A stretch of 64,000 nt of DNA, from contig NC_043019.1 of assembly GCF_006345805.1 (NCBI RefSeq), positions 62,001 to 126,000 of the forward strand, in the 5' to 3' direction. Below are positions 13,404 to 26,805 of this stretch, one piece after another. The stretch is from Octopus sinensis (taxonomy: Eukaryota). A program made the translations under genes and the position numbers. The notes beneath the pieces were generated by a model, which saw only the letters and a list, made by a program, of their open reading frames with translations, ran no database searches and was not told the origin of the DNA. The first letter of the stretch is position 1. Every line of letters begins with the position of its first letter.

Positions 13404-14154
13404 TATACCTCAACTTTAGAATAAGAGAAATATACATACACAAATATTACATTCCAAAGAATCCATTACTAACTTTCACCCATTCATATTCTCCCTTCTC
13501 TGTTTTTCTCTTCTTCTTCCTCTTCTTCTTCATCATCATCATTATCATCATCATCGTCGTCATCATCATCACCACCATCATCATCATCTTCTCCATCTTC
13601 TTCTTCTTCTTCTTCTTCTTCTTCTTCTTCTTCTTCTTCTTCTTCTTCTTCTTCTTCTTCTTCATCATCATCATCATCATCAACATCGTCATCTTCTTCT
13701 TCTTCTTCTTCTTCTTCTTCTTCTTCTTCTTCTTCTACTACTACTACTTCTCCACCTTCTACCTCTTAACTTTGTCACTAATGCTTTTTCAGTATAACAC
13801 CTACGCAAATTCCATAAACATGCCTGTCAATAGAAATATTCTCCTGAATTGAACTGCGACTGCCAGCCGCCACTGGCCATTCAAAATACGACCTATTTCT
13901 TTATTATTATACCTATTTCTTTATCAGGCCACTCCCAGATTTTCCCACCCCCTCTCCACATCAGCCTTCTTCTTCTTCTTCTTCTTCTTCTTCTTCTTCT
14001 TCTACCCTACCAAGAATTCACAACGACCTACAACACACAAGTGCAAACAAGGGAGTCAGAGAAAAGCAGAATGCTACTTATATCTGAACACTACTATAGA
14101 AATATTCCTTTAAAAAAACTTTTCTTCAAATTTTTCTAAATTTAATTATTTAAT

Positions 14155-14202
14155 CGTTACAGTTGAAAAGGTCTCAAAATGACCGAAACCGGTACTGAAA
14201 TG
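14155..14202 (+). ncRNA. Minimal type I hammerhead, U3-A8 core variant (GUA site after 14194)
   Basis: CAG-TTGAAAA-GGTC(tcaaaat)GACC-GAAA-C(CG)G-TA-CTG; palindromic stem III ACCGGT. Confidence 0.7.
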
Positions 14203-14246
14203 TTCACTATAAAATTATTTTAGCATTTTCTATTTTGACTTATTTT

Positions 14247-14311
<65 letters not shown>

Positions 14312-14569
14312 CGTAAGGTGTACTAGCCATCTGAATGTGGCTAGCTACTGGGGGTGGGGTGTTACTGATGCTTTTAGCCCCAGGCGATCAACGTCACCAG
14401 ATGGACTTTAGACACAATCTCAGTGCCCTTGTGTTATTTGCAAAGGGAGGTCATCCTCCCTCGAAAACCTAAGTGCTACATACGGACTATAGTTTCAAGG
14501 TAATTGCCTCTCGTCAACGCATGGTAAACACCGGTTTTCGATGAAGGACCCCGCAACTCGACCCCGGAA

Positions 14570-14865
14570 CTTATTCTTTTGTAAGCCCAGTACTTATTCT
14601 ATCAGTCTCTTTTGCCGAAGCGCTAAGTGACGGGGACATAAACACACCAGCATCGGTTGTCAAGCAATGCTAGGGGGACAAACACAGACACACACACGCA
14701 TATACGATGGGCTTCTTTCAGTTTCCGTCTACCAATCCACTCACAAGGCTTTGGTCGGCCCGAGGCTATAGTAGAAGACACTTGCCCAAGGTGCCACGCA
14801 GTGGGACTGAAACCGGAACCATGTGGTTAGTAAGCAAGCTACTTACCACACAGCCACTCCTGCGC
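14570..14865 (-). mobile_element. SINE family A copy
   Basis: Same head/core/linker as 5459-5820. Confidence 0.85.
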
Positions 14866-15961
14866 CAATACTGTTGATTTGGGTATCTGATCCCTCAACT
14901 CGGTCAACATTTGGCAGACTCTTCTCCTCCCATTCATTCTCCACGTACAGCAGTCTTTCATAATGGCATCTCCAAGCCTCATTCTTTGTAGAATCATTAA
15001 GCGCAAGTGCGCTATCATCCATGCGGACACATTTCTCTCATATGACTTCACAATTTTCTCCCACACACTGTCTTCAGTTTGTTGGCCCTCACGGCGCTGA
15101 ACATAGGCAAACTTCTCGTTTTCTGCTTCTCCCAATGATTTTGTTTATTGTGCTTGACCCTTTGGACTCTGACTTCATCCACTTCTGTCTCTCTTACTGG
15201 ATGTGTCAACATCAATATATAGGAATAAATACATAATGAAAAAGAAACAGGCATCGGAGGGGTGATGCATACGTTGCCTGCAGATAAATCTTTTTGCAAA
15301 TTATATTGTGGCTTACAATGCATTGCTTACCTATGCTTTTTAATTGAACTGAATTTTTTTTTAATATTAATATTAATTTCAATTTTTAATATAAATATTA
15401 TAAATATTTACACTCTGGTGAAATTAAGAAATCAACTTTTAAATGAACGAAATTCTCAAATCCATCAGTGTACACATGCACATACATGCACACACACACA
15501 CACACACACACATGCACAGCCTCATTTCTATGTATATATTTATGCATGTATGCACATGTATCTATGTGCATAGGTACACCATGACCTTTACACATGCAGA
15601 CGAGGGTCGATTCATATGAAAAAGAAAGTGAATAAAATAATGCAACCACTTATTGGGAAATCTGTAAGTTTAATTTTTAAAAATTAAAAAAAATTTTGAA
15701 TCAAACCAAATGTTCATCATTTTGAGCCACTCACCCAATGAGTATTTCTGCTAAATGTGGTGAAAATCCATTCAGCCGATTTCCAGTAATTTGGCAAACA
15801 CACAGACAAAGGAAGACGAGTGATTACAATACACTGCTTTCGCTTACATATGCAAGGTAATTAACATAATTAATTCTTTTAGAGTGGCACCTTTCTTCTT
15901 AGCTACACACCATAGCTCATATATCATTTAAGAACTTTGAGTTATAACTATGCTTTTATGG

Positions 15962-16120
15962 TTAATTGTCTATTGTAAACTGTGTAAATATCAATGGTGT
16001 GTAACCATAGACTTTTGTGAAAAAATTCAAACAATATTTTCTTTTGAACTTATGGCCTTCGCTTGTGGAAATGCTTTTCCTCCCACAATATTTGCAAGGA
16101 AAACCTCGTTTCTTTGTCAC
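15962..16120 (-). CDS. EXTL3: EXTL3-like exostosin, coding exon 7 (last; 52 aa + TAA)
   Basis: ttttcag|GTG acceptor; VTKKRGFPCKYC...HKFKRKYCLNFFTKVYGYTPLIFTQF matches the EXTL3 C-terminus (VTSRWTFRCPGC...[22 protein letters not shown]). Confidence 0.88.
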   Translation of the reverse strand: MTKKRGFPCKYCGRKSISTSEGHKFKRKYCLNFFTKVYGYTPLIFTQFTIDN

Positions 16121-16299
16121 CTGAAATGTATAAAAAACAAGAATGTTATTTTCTTAGACAATGGTACATGACACAAACAGTAGAGACTGAGACAAGATAT
16201 AACTATATAGTTATGTATTAGGTTGTCAAGAAAATTTTTGCAGTTTTTAATCTTTAAATTCAGATGCACATATCTTGGCTCAAACAAAACTTTAGCAAT

Positions 16300-16720
16300 C
16301 GAAATAAACACCATCAGAATCAACAGACTTTTGCCAACGCAAAACAAGTTTATTTATGCCAGTAGCATAAAAATCCTGCATTCTGGTATCAATGAAGTCG
16401 TTGAAGGTGTGTTTGGCATTGTCTTGGTTTTTGGAGCATTGATGTGATGCTTGAAAATGTGGTAGTCAGTAGGTGAGAGTCTGGTGAGTATGACGGATGT
16501 GGCAGAGTTTCGTAGCCCAATTCGTTCAACAGCTGCAGGGTCAGTTGTGTGACGTGTGACCGAGCGTTGTCATGGAGAAGAATTGGCCTTTTTCTATTGA
16601 CCAATGCCGGCTGTTGTTGTCGGAGTTTCTTATGCATTTCATCCATTTGCTGACAGTACTTCTACACCGTAATGGTTTCACCTGGATCTAAAAGGCTGTG
16701 ATGGATGAAACCGGTCGCAG
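16300..16720 (-). mobile_element. Degenerate mariner transposase 3' fragment
   Basis: LLHDNARSH, HPSYSPD, FYATGINKLVLRWQK motifs across frames. Confidence 0.85.
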
Positions 16721-16789
16721 ACCGCCAAATAACAACCATGACCTTCTTTTGGTGCAATATATATGAAAATATATATATATATATACATA

Positions 16790-17212
16790 TACTCTTTACT
16801 CTCTTTACTCTTTTACTTGTTTCAGTCATTTGACTGCAGCCATGCTGGAGCACCACATTTAGTTGGGCAAATCGACCCCGGGACTTATTCTTTGTAAGCC
16901 CAGTACTTATTCTATCGGTCTCTTTTGCCGAACTGCTAAGTGACGGGGGCATAAACACACCAGCATCGGTTGTCAAGCAATGCTAGGGGGACAAACACAG
17001 ACACACACATACACGCACATATATATATATATATATATATACATGTATACGACAGGCTTCTTTCAGTTTCCATCTACCAAATCCACTCACAAGGCTTTGG
17101 TCGGCCCGAGGCTATAGTGGAAGAAACTTGCCCAAGGTGCCAAGCAGTGGGACTGAACCCGGAACCATGTGGTTAGTAAGCAAGCTACTCACCAAACAGC
17201 GACTCCTGCGCC
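16790..17212 (-). mobile_element. SINE family A, near full length
   Basis: Head to (AGAGTAAA)n-like tail recognisable. Confidence 0.88.
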
Positions 17213-17534
17213 TATATATACATATATATATATATATATATACTCTTTTACTTGCATACTACTTTGATTTCTCTCCAGTCTATATATGACTTCTTCATTC
17301 AGAGCTCATGTATCACTACCATGGAGTATAGCTGTTTGCACACAACCATCATACAGTCTACCTTTCACTCTGAGAGAGAGAAAGAGAGAGAGAGAGAGTC
17401 CTTTTGTTGCCAACAGAGGCAGTAGCTCTCTGAACGTCCTCCACCCTATTCTTATTCTAGAAATGATACTTTCAGAGCATCTGCCACCATTGCTAATTTT
17501 GTCACCTCAGTAACAGAAGCTATCTACTACCTCA

Positions 17535-17930
17535 AGAGGAGTGGCTGTGTGGTAAGTAGCTTGCTTACCAACCACATGGTTCCGGGTTCAGTCCCACTGC
17601 GTGGCATCTTGGGCAAGTGTCTTCTGCTCTAGCCCCGGGCTGACCAATGCCTTGTGAGTGGATTTGGTAGACGGAAACTAAAAGAAACCTGTCGTATATA
17701 TGTATGTATATATGTATGTGTGTATATGTTTGTGTGTCTGTGTTTGTCCCCCCTAGCATTGCTTGACAACCGATGCTGGTGTGTTTACGTCCCCGTCACT
17801 TAGCGGTTCGGCAGAAGAGACCGATAAAATAAGTACTGGGCTTACAAAGTATAAGTCCTGGGGTCGATTTGCTCAACTAAAGGCAGTGCTCCAGCATGGC
17901 CGCAGTCAAATGACTGAAACAAGTAAAAGA
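17535..17930 (+). mobile_element. SINE family A, near full length
   Basis: GGAGTGGCTGTGTGGTAAG...GGTTCAGTCCC head; tail GACTGAAACAAGTAAAAGAG. Confidence 0.88.
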
Positions 17931-18049
17931 GAGAGAAAATGAGAGAGCTTCCTGGGCATTTGAGAGAATTTAAGTCCTGTGTACTCTTAGTGTTTATTGT
18001 TCTGGAACATCTGCCACAAAGAAAGATGACTTTATCTGTTAATCTACCT

Positions 18050-18815
18050 GTGATTCCACTGCACCTCTTATGTGTCCATAGTTGACACTAAGTGCAGTGA
18101 ATGAAATTTCTTATAACTTCTTTCCTACATGTTGAGCAGGGCCATTTACCTGATGGATAGAGAGTTTTATCTTCTTTCTTACTAACAAAATGTTTAGTAT
18201 TTGCTAGGTCAACAATAAGGCATTTTGATTCCAGGTTTTGTTTCCATACCTGGAATTTCTTCTCCAATTCTGAGATAAAAACAAGGTCATCAGCATATAG
18301 TAGTTCCCACTGGCATCCAGTTTTGAATTCCTCTGTTATGGCCTCGAGGACTATAATCAATAAGAGTGGGCTTAGAACTGAGCCTTGTACTTGTACACTA
18401 AATTCATCACTGTATTCATGGCTGACTCTCACCTTACTGACAGCACCACTGTACATGGCTTGCACAGCTCTAACAAGTCACTTCTCTATTCCTAACTTCC
18501 TTGGAGACCACCATATAACAGAGTGAGGAATTCTGTCGAAAGCTTTCTCCAGATCAACAAAGGCTGAGAACAATGGCTTACTTTTGGCCAAGTACTTTTC
18601 CTGCAGCTGTTGCACTAGGAAGATGGCATCTGTGGCACTCTTCCCAGGTACAAGACCAAACTGCATCTCATCGAGTTTAATTCTATTCCTAATCAGTTGA
18701 GCTATAACCTTCTCAGTAATTTTCATGACTTGGTCTAGCAGTTTAATACCTCTGTAATTATTTCTATCTAAGTCATCACCTTTATCCTTGTAGCAGCTAA
18801 AAACATCACCATTTT
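18050..18815 (-). pseudogene. RTE-clade LINE reverse transcriptase fragment
   Basis: NYRGIKLL, QFG..PGKSATDAIF, FVDLEKAFDR, QGSVLSPLL, LLYADDLV motifs; frameshifted. Confidence 0.9.
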
Positions 18816-20425
18816 TAATCATCGTCATCATTTAATGTCTGTTTTCCATGCTGGCATCGTTGCTTGGATGGCTTGACAGGATTTGACAAAACCAAGAGGA
18901 GCACCTGGTTCCATAGTCCGTTTTTGGTTTGGTTTCTACAGCTGGGTGCCCTTTCCAATGCCAACCAATTTACAGAAAGTACCAGTGTTACGAGGGGGGA
19001 CCTCCGATTCGAACTGTTACGGAATCCCTCACACACAGGCCCGTTCGATGCAGCGAATAAACTACGGAAACTCGGAGAGGAGAGGAGAGATAGACACAAC
19101 AACAGCAACAGCAGCACAGAGGCAATCGAGAGAGACACAAAGAGGCAAGGCACAACTGGCTTACATTTAACACTAGTTTATGACAATCAATTGTTACAAC
19201 ATCAAATACATTTCAGATACATTTAAAAGAGGACATGCACGTGACAACTCAATACATCATACGGGTATACCACAGATCAAAGCATTTAAACATGCAAGTA
19301 ACAATATAACCGTCCGGTCACAACACATCAAGGTCAATACATCAGCATTTCAAAGGTACACGTCCGAAGACACAGTTCTATTTCAAAACACATCAACAAG
19401 TCATATACAGTTCAAAAGACATTACAGGCCGAACAGTTCAATGTTCATTATACAATGTTCAAATCACAACACTGTACACAATGTCTTTACACAATTCACA
19501 ATGTTCATTAAATTCTTCTTTACTGTCTCATTTCTTTTCACTGTTCAATACATCAATTCTTTTTCCTTCTTTTTCTTCACATATCAATACACAATTCACG
19601 TACCTTTAGTTCCTACTAGAATAGCCAGTGTCCCATATTGTAGTCCCTCTCTAACAGCCGCCTATTCCTCTGTATATATCTCTCTCTGTCCCAATGCTCC
19701 AAAACCGCCGACTGCTTAAATTCCAACCGCTCGCCTCGACTCCCAAAAACCGACTGCTCGCTTTGACGACCGAATACCGACTGTTGCTCTATCACTACCC
19801 TCAATCTGTCTCTGCACTTATACTCTCTCTATCCCGCCTGGTCCTATGTCCCTATCTTTATCGACGCTGTCACTGTCATTCTCTCACAACAGCTCTCAGA
19901 TCCCTTAATCTGTCTTCCTCACTACTTTCTTCTTCCTCTTCTTCACTGTCACTAGATTCTTCCTTACTCTATCTTCCTCGGCCCTCACATCTCTCTGACC
20001 CCTAATCGACCGGCACAAGGCCAAAGGTCCCTCCAAAAGCCATTACTCTTCCAGTAAACAAAGGGCTGTAGCTTTTTATTCCAGACTTGCAGGCGCCACT
20101 CCCAACAAAGTGGGTCAAGAAATACTGTACCAGCCAAACCACAATACCAGGTACTTTTTGCACGATGCTATCACTGGTGCTTTTTATGTAACCCCATCAC
20201 CAATGCTTTTTATGTGGACCAACACCAGTGATTTTTACAGGGCCCAGCACCAGTGCTTTTTATGTGACACCAGCACCACTGCTTTTTATATGACACGATG
20301 GGCTTCTTCCATTTTCTGTCTCTGAAGTCCACTCACAAAGCTTTGGTTAACTTGGTGTTATAGTACAAGACACTTCAACCATTCCTAGCTGAAGTAATAT
20401 CTGGTACATCAAAATGTTTACTTAC

Positions 20426-20554
20426 TTTGAGTGGAGGTTTCCTTATCACATGAGCAACAAGAAAGTTCATACCAATATCTTCACAGTTAAAATTCTTCTC
20501 AGCATAGTTGTAGATGGCTCGATGCATCATGTATGTATAAAGGTAACTGTAATG
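20426..20554 (-). CDS. EXTL3: EXTL3-like coding exon 6 (129 bp, phase 0-0)
   Basis: aattag|CAT...AAA|gtaagt; HYSYLYTYMM...NCEDIGMNFLVAHVIRKPPLK (GT64 NCEDI motif). Confidence 0.92.
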
Positions 20555-21429
20555 CTAATTGATAAAACAAAGTCAATTAATATTTGTAGTAAAAATATAT
20601 AAAAAATGAAATAAAATAATTAAATTTCGGATCTAAGTGGTTCCTGAGTTCAATCTTATAATGTGGGGTCTTGAACAAAAATGATCTATAGTCTTGGGTT
20701 GGTTAACCCTTTAGCATTTAAACTGACCATTTGGATTGGATTTAATTGTCTATGTTCAGTCCGCTGCAGGATGAAGGCCTCTGCACGTTCTCTCCACCAA
20801 CCATGTCCTGAGGTGGAGGTTATGAATTTGAGCTTGAAATCATACAGGTTTGATGAGTCTACTCTGCCACACTGGCTTGGCTGAAGGGTGCAGTTGTGTT
20901 GTATACTTTTACTCAGGAGTAGTTAAATTGATTACATCGACCCCAGTGTTCAACTGGTACTTTTTTTATCGTCTCAGAAAGGATTGGAAGAAAAGCATTA
21001 CAAATAGATAAGTTGCTTCTCTGAAATATTCTGGATGATAGCCTAATTCTGTTAATGAGAGTAATTATAGAAGTACTTATCAATGGCATGGTAGACCAGA
21101 CCATATTGTTGTTAGCTTCTTAAGTACATTGACCGGAGCAAGGCACAATGACTCAATTAACCATGGTGAGTTAGATCATCATTGCTATGACAACAAAAAA
21201 ATGTAAAAAGACAGACTTACTTAACCCTTTAGCATTCAAATTACTCTAATCAAATATATTGATTATTTATTTACATCGTTTTGTAACTAATTACACATCA
21301 CCTTGTAGCTTCAAGATTTTAATGGTGTGTTTGTATATTTTTAGAAATACATTGTAGGGTAGATGTGAGAAGTTGGATATGGTCAATTTTTAACATAAAA
21401 CAAGTAGAATATTTGGGCCAGTAATCATC

Positions 21430-21845
21430 ATCATCACCATTATCATCGTTTAGCGTCCGCTTTCCATGCTAGCATGGGTTGGACGGTTCAACCGGGGTCT
21501 GGGAAGCCAGAAGGCTGCACCAGGCCCAGTCTGATCTGGCAATGTTTCTACGGCTGGATGCCCTTCCTAACGCCAACCACTCTGTGAGTGTAGTGGGTGC
21601 TTTTTATGTACCAGACGAGGCTGGCAAACGGCCACGATCGGACGGTGCTTTTTACGTGCCACCGGCACGGGGGCCAGCCGAGGCTGGCAACGGCCACAAT
21701 CAGATGGTGCATTTTACGTGCCACTGGCACGAGACCAGTTGGGGCGGCGCTGGCAACGGCCACGTTCGGATGATTGTCTTATGTACCACCAGCACTGGTA
21801 TCACAGCTGCAATTTCCATTGATGTTGATCGATTTCGAATTTGAT
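21430..21845 (-). mobile_element. LINE 3'-UTR-type repeat with (TGA)n tail and internal short tandem units
   Basis: Contains GGCTGGATGCCCTTCCTAACGCCAACC; same family as 45566-46090 in opposite orientation. Confidence 0.65.
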
Positions 21846-22294
21846 TTTGATTTTGGATTGGCTAGTTTAAATTTTGGATGGCTAGTTTAAATACTAAAGG
21901 GCTAAATGTGAAGGACATGTCAACTGTCTTTTATGATTTTCATTGGAAGAATGCCTTTTAATCTTAACATGAGTTACTTTCACGTGGTGAGAAGATGAAA
22001 CAAAGGCTTTAATATGAATGTCTTGAGATGTTTGGTAAATGTAGTGCAAAGGAAGAGGCCTGAGACAAAGATGAATGAAACCTAGATGCTGCACCACAAC
22101 ACATCTATTTATATACATCACTGCTTACTTGTAGCTTTATGACAAAGCTGAAATGACTCCCATTTTACAGCTTCCTTATTCCCTGTTTTGGCCACTGTGG
22201 ACTCCCCTCCACATTTCTTAAAATCAAATCTATGTTCAAAGGTTTCCAATCTCATAAAGGCATGGCTGTTTAGTTAAAAAGCTTGCTTTGCTAC

Positions 22295-22562
22295 GGCAAA
22301 AAACAGACCACTCTGGAAAACCACCATCCATGAGGGAACGGCGACTTTTGAGTCGAAAAGGTCTGCAGAGCTGGAGGAGAAAAGATGACGACGGAAGGAG
22401 CGCCAACAACAACCACGTGTGACTCTCCCTTCTGGCACTAGATGTCCGCACTGCGAACGATCTTTTCAAGCAAGAATTGGTCTCATCGGTCACCTACGAA
22501 CTCACCAATAAATGTGCGCAAAGACCATCATCCTCGACGTTGAGGGATTGCCATCATCATCA
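22295..22562 (+). mobile_element. 5'-truncated RTE LINE with 25-bp TSD inside a SINE head
   Basis: C-terminal CPHCERSFQARIGLIGHLRTH finger, (CAT)n tail; TSD TTAGTTAAAAAGCTTGCTTTGCTAC at 22270-22294 and 22563-22587. Confidence 0.85.
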
Positions 22563-23014
22563 TTAGTTAAAAAGCTTGCTTTGCTACCATATGGTTTCAG
22601 GTTCCGTCCCTCTTGTACTATAGCCCTTGTCTGGACCAATGCGTTGTGAGTGAATTTGGTTGGCTGAAACTGTGAAGTAGACCATCATATACATATGTAA
22701 GCATGTGTGTGCGTCTTTGTGTTTGTTTTGTGTTTGTCCCTCATCACTGCTTGATAACCATTGTTGGTTTGTTTACATCTGCATAACATAGCAGTTTGGC
22801 AAAAGAGACCAATGGAATAAGTACCAAACTTGAAAATAAGTGCTGGGGTCCATTCTTTCAACTAAATCCTTCATGGCAATGCCCCAGCATGGCCACAGTC
22901 CAAAGACTGACATAAGTAAAAGACAAGGGATAAGAGATACACACAAAAATGAGTTCCCGGATGCAATACAAAAGTAGAAAAAAATACCATTGGAAATGGT
23001 ATGTCTGAGTTTGA

Positions 23015-23206
23015 CCCTTTAGCATTTAAACTGACCATATCTGGCCTAAATATTCTACCTGTTTTAAGGTCAAACTGGCTAGATCCTGCCTCTTAGACCT
23101 ATCCTACAATGCCATTCTAAACATAAACAAGATAATGCATGATTAATTCCAAGCAATGTAAATAAATAAGCACTTCATTTGACAGAAGAATCTGAATGCT
23201 AAAGGG
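23015..23206. mobile_element. piggyBac-like MITE
   Basis: TIRs CCCTTTAGCATT/AATGCTAAAGGG, TTGA/TTAA flanks; similar ends at ~20705 and 21225. Confidence 0.65.
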
Positions 23207-23370
23207 TTAAGAAACTATTTTTAAGGGGATTATCTAATTTAATTCTAAGTAAAGCAAAAAATTTAATTGCTTTTAAGGGAGGGATATATTTCATACAGAA
23301 AAAGGAGATAAAAATATATTTTATAAAACATTGTTCCCCTTTTTTCTTTTTTTTCTTCTCCTTTTTATCA

Positions 23371-23413
<43 letters not shown>

Positions 23414-25617
23414 TATTATTGTTATACATACATACATACATAATAATGATAATAATAATGATAATAATAATAATAATAATAATAGTAATAAGTGGGTGTA
23501 AACACATGAACAAAATAAGAATAAACAAATTACACGAACGTATATAAACAGGAGATACAAATATTAGAAGCATCCCCCTCCCCCTCACACTAACTAAACA
23601 TAGACGCACATAGAGATATACGCATGCGCAAATGAAGACACATACAATAGAAATACAAAATGGCTGACGGTTAGTAAGGAGGGACACACAAATACGAAAG
23701 AAGAAAGCAAAGGACCATTGATGCGGTCACAGGAGTGTGACGAAAGAAATCTGGCTGAAATAAGATTAAGATTAATGCAAAAAATATATAACTTGAAGCA
23801 AACTAATACGAAATATATAGTGAACTAATAGCATAGCCCAGTGTTGCCCGGGTATTATAGAGCCCCTAGTAGGCAACGACTAATCCCAATCTAGTCCTTT
23901 CCCTCTAGGGAACGAAGGCGCATGTGTAGGTTGCAATGTCTTCTCTTCACTCCCAAATAACTATCAAACAGCTATCGATAATTCAACCCAACCAATTCCT
24001 ACCAGGAAGAAATTACATTCGAGACTTTACCCCCAACACCGCCACTTCTGCTAATAGCAGCAAGTTATTCGAATACATTTTTTTGTTTAAACTTTCTTTA
24101 TAACTACCACCCCAAACGTTTTACCTTAAATGTTTGACGTACCCTAAGGGTCCTCGGACGCTACTTGCAAACTCTTGGTTTATTATAAACCGCTTTTGTC
24201 GTGTGCACCAAAAAACCTTTTCCATTCGTTTGTTCAGTTTGGTCACTTTTGACTTTTTCGTTGTTGTCACTCACATTGCTGCCCGCTTTTTTGCCGTTTT
24301 TGTACATTTTTATACATTTTGGGATACTTACCCCACGTGTTCCGAGAGTTAAAAAGGTCGAGTTGCGTCCTCTAGACAGTCTGTGGTTTGTGTTTAATTC
24401 ACAAATCGATTTGCTATGTGTGCCACATATGATTTAATTAACCGATTTTTTCCAGTAATAAAGTATCCTATTGGAATAAAAAGGGCCATATAGCTCCTTG
24501 GAGCAGACATGATGCTCGCTGTGAATTTTAAAAACAAAATTCCTGCCAATTTGTGAAAGATATTGTCGAAAATATGTCATCTTGAATTTGAACGCGATTT
24601 CCCAAAATGGCATGATTTTATCGATTTTTTTCTGATGGTAAGGTATTGCATGGAAAACTAAAGCCAGAATTAAGTTTCTTAGGGTAACATTAAGCTTCAC
24701 CATGAGTTTGGTGAAAATCGATTGCAAGTTGCGAAAACTACAACAGAAAATGTGTTGCATATAAAAAGCTGATATTCTCGACCCCATGTCGAATTTATCG
24801 ATTTTTTTCAGAACTGGGGAACTTTTCAAAATTTTCGCTGCATTAGTTTTGAATTATGACATAGGGCTATGTGTGTGTCAAGTTTCATTAGAATCGGTTG
24901 AAAGCCGTGGTCAGGGTGAGGGTACAACCTGACAGACACACAGACAGACAAACTGCCGTTTATATAGAGAGAGATGCTAAAGGGTTAAGAAACTATTTTT
25001 AAGGGGATTATCTAATTTAATTCTAAGTAAAGCAACACATTTAATTGCTTTTAAGGGAGGGATATATTTCATACAAAAAAAGGAGATAAAAATATATTTT
25101 ATAAAACATTGTTCCCCTTTTTTTCTTTTTTTTCTTCTCCTTTTTATCATATTCATCATTATTATTATTATTATTATTTTATTATTATTATTACTATTAT
25201 TATTGTTATACATACATACATACATACATACATTATAATGATAATGATAATAATAATAATATTAATAATAATAGTAATAAGTGGGTGTAAACTCATGAAT
25301 AAAATAAGAATAAACAAAAACAAATTACACGAACGTATATAAATAGGAGATACAAATATTAGAGGCATCCCCCTCCCCCTCACACTAACTAAACATAGAC
25401 GCACATAGAGATATACGCATGCGCAAATGAAGACACATACAATAGAATACAAAATGGCTGACGGTTAGTAAGGAGAGACACACAAATAAGAAAGAAGAAA
25501 GCAAAGGACCATTGATGCGGTCACAGGAGTGTGACGAAAGAAATCTGGCCGAAATAAGATTAAGATTAATGCAAAAAATAAATAACGCTGAAGCAAAGAA
25601 ATACCAAATATATAGTG
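23197..25617. repeat. ~630-bp direct duplication (23197-23822 and 24975-25617) separated by a Helitron
   Basis: Both copies begin TGCTAAAGGGTTAAGAAAC and end AAATATATAGTG. Confidence 0.9.
23825..24974 (-). mobile_element. Non-autonomous Helitron-like element
   Basis: Minus strand A|TCTCTCTCTATATAAACGGCAG start; CCCGGGCAACACTGGG hairpin and TTAG|T end. Confidence 0.7.
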
Positions 25618-25679
25618 CGTGTGTTTTTATTGGCTAAAGTGGCAAAATGACCATTCCTAAATACAACAATTTTCCTCAC

Positions 25680-25827
25680 CTTGTGAAAGAAACAGGCACC
25701 AGTTAACACAAGAGATATTCCATCCACTTGATAGTCCCCCTTGTACAAGAATTTCTTTTCAGATTGACTCCAAGAATGGTATCGCCCTGGAAAGCCAACA
25801 AGTCGATCACGATTCTCTCTCCAAATC
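25680..25827 (-). CDS. EXTL3: EXTL3-like coding exon 5 (148 bp, phase 2-0)
   Basis: ttatag|G...AAG|gtgagg; (R)IWRENRDRLVGFPGRYHSW...ISLVLTGACFFHK. Confidence 0.93.
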
Positions 25828-26317
25828 CTATAATGACAATCCAAAGAAAAAAAAACAATATATTATTGACACACAAAGCTTGAAAATTTGGTGGAGTGAG
25901 TTTATGGATTATACTGACCCCAGTACCCAACTGGTATTTATGTTATTAATCCTGTAAGAGATGAGAGGCGAAGTTGACTTTATGAACTCAGAATGCTAAG
26001 TATTTTGTCCAACGTGCTAATGAATCTGTCAGCTCATTGTTTTACTCGAAAAGACAATATTTATTTTTTCTATTGATACACAAAATCTGAAAATTTGGAG
26101 GAGGCTTTTAGGGTTTGAGTTGATTACACTGACCCCTATCAATCTTGTAAGGAACGAGAGGCATTTTGTCCGGCAAGCTAATGATTCTGCCAGCTAACCT
26201 CCTTAATCTAAAACACAATATTAAGACCACAACATCAAAGGGAAAGACAGCACAGTGGTGGAGATTATTAATGTTTGCCCTTCCCTCTTTTTACACACAC
26301 ACACACACACACACCAC

Positions 26318-26352
<35 letters not shown>

Positions 26353-26376
26353 CACATACATACATACATACATACA

Positions 26377-26407
<31 letters not shown>

Positions 26408-26805
26408 GTATGTATATATATATATATATAATTATAACAATGAGGGTCTTTGCAACAAGTTGCTAGACCACATACCGGAAGTATTAGAAATAGTAGTATT
26501 TCTAATAACAGAAGTATTTCTAATACTAAATGATACCATGGCTTTCAAATAAAGAATAATAAAACAAACACCAGGTAAAAATCATATATAAAAAATATAA
26601 AGTACACAGGGCCTGCCCACAAAACTCACATAAAAGTTGACTAAAAATTATTTAAATTTGTATGCAACTATGAACATTATATTTATTTGAGCGTGGAAGG
26701 TGTTTGTAAGCCATTTAAGAAACAGACAAAAGCCATTTGCGTCAGTGAACACACGATCTCAGATCAAAACACTTGTTATACAAATACATCTCTGTAATAT
26801 ATTTA

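Larger units (their letters stand above)
11050..14250 (+). mobile_element. Penelope-like retroelement (5'-truncated) with inverted ~440-bp pseudo-LTRs
   Basis: RT and GIY-YIG relics lie between 11050-11490 and its reverse complement at 13795-14250. Each repeat carries a hammerhead. Confidence 0.9.

Noticed and set aside
17535-17610. tRNA gene (A/B boxes)
   Set aside because: SINE head: no cloverleaf, and it continues into the SINE body. Same for other copies and 32820-32940.
18986-20107. Possible solo LTR (TG...CA ends)
   Set aside because: No matching TSD, PBS or PPT found; boundaries ambiguous.
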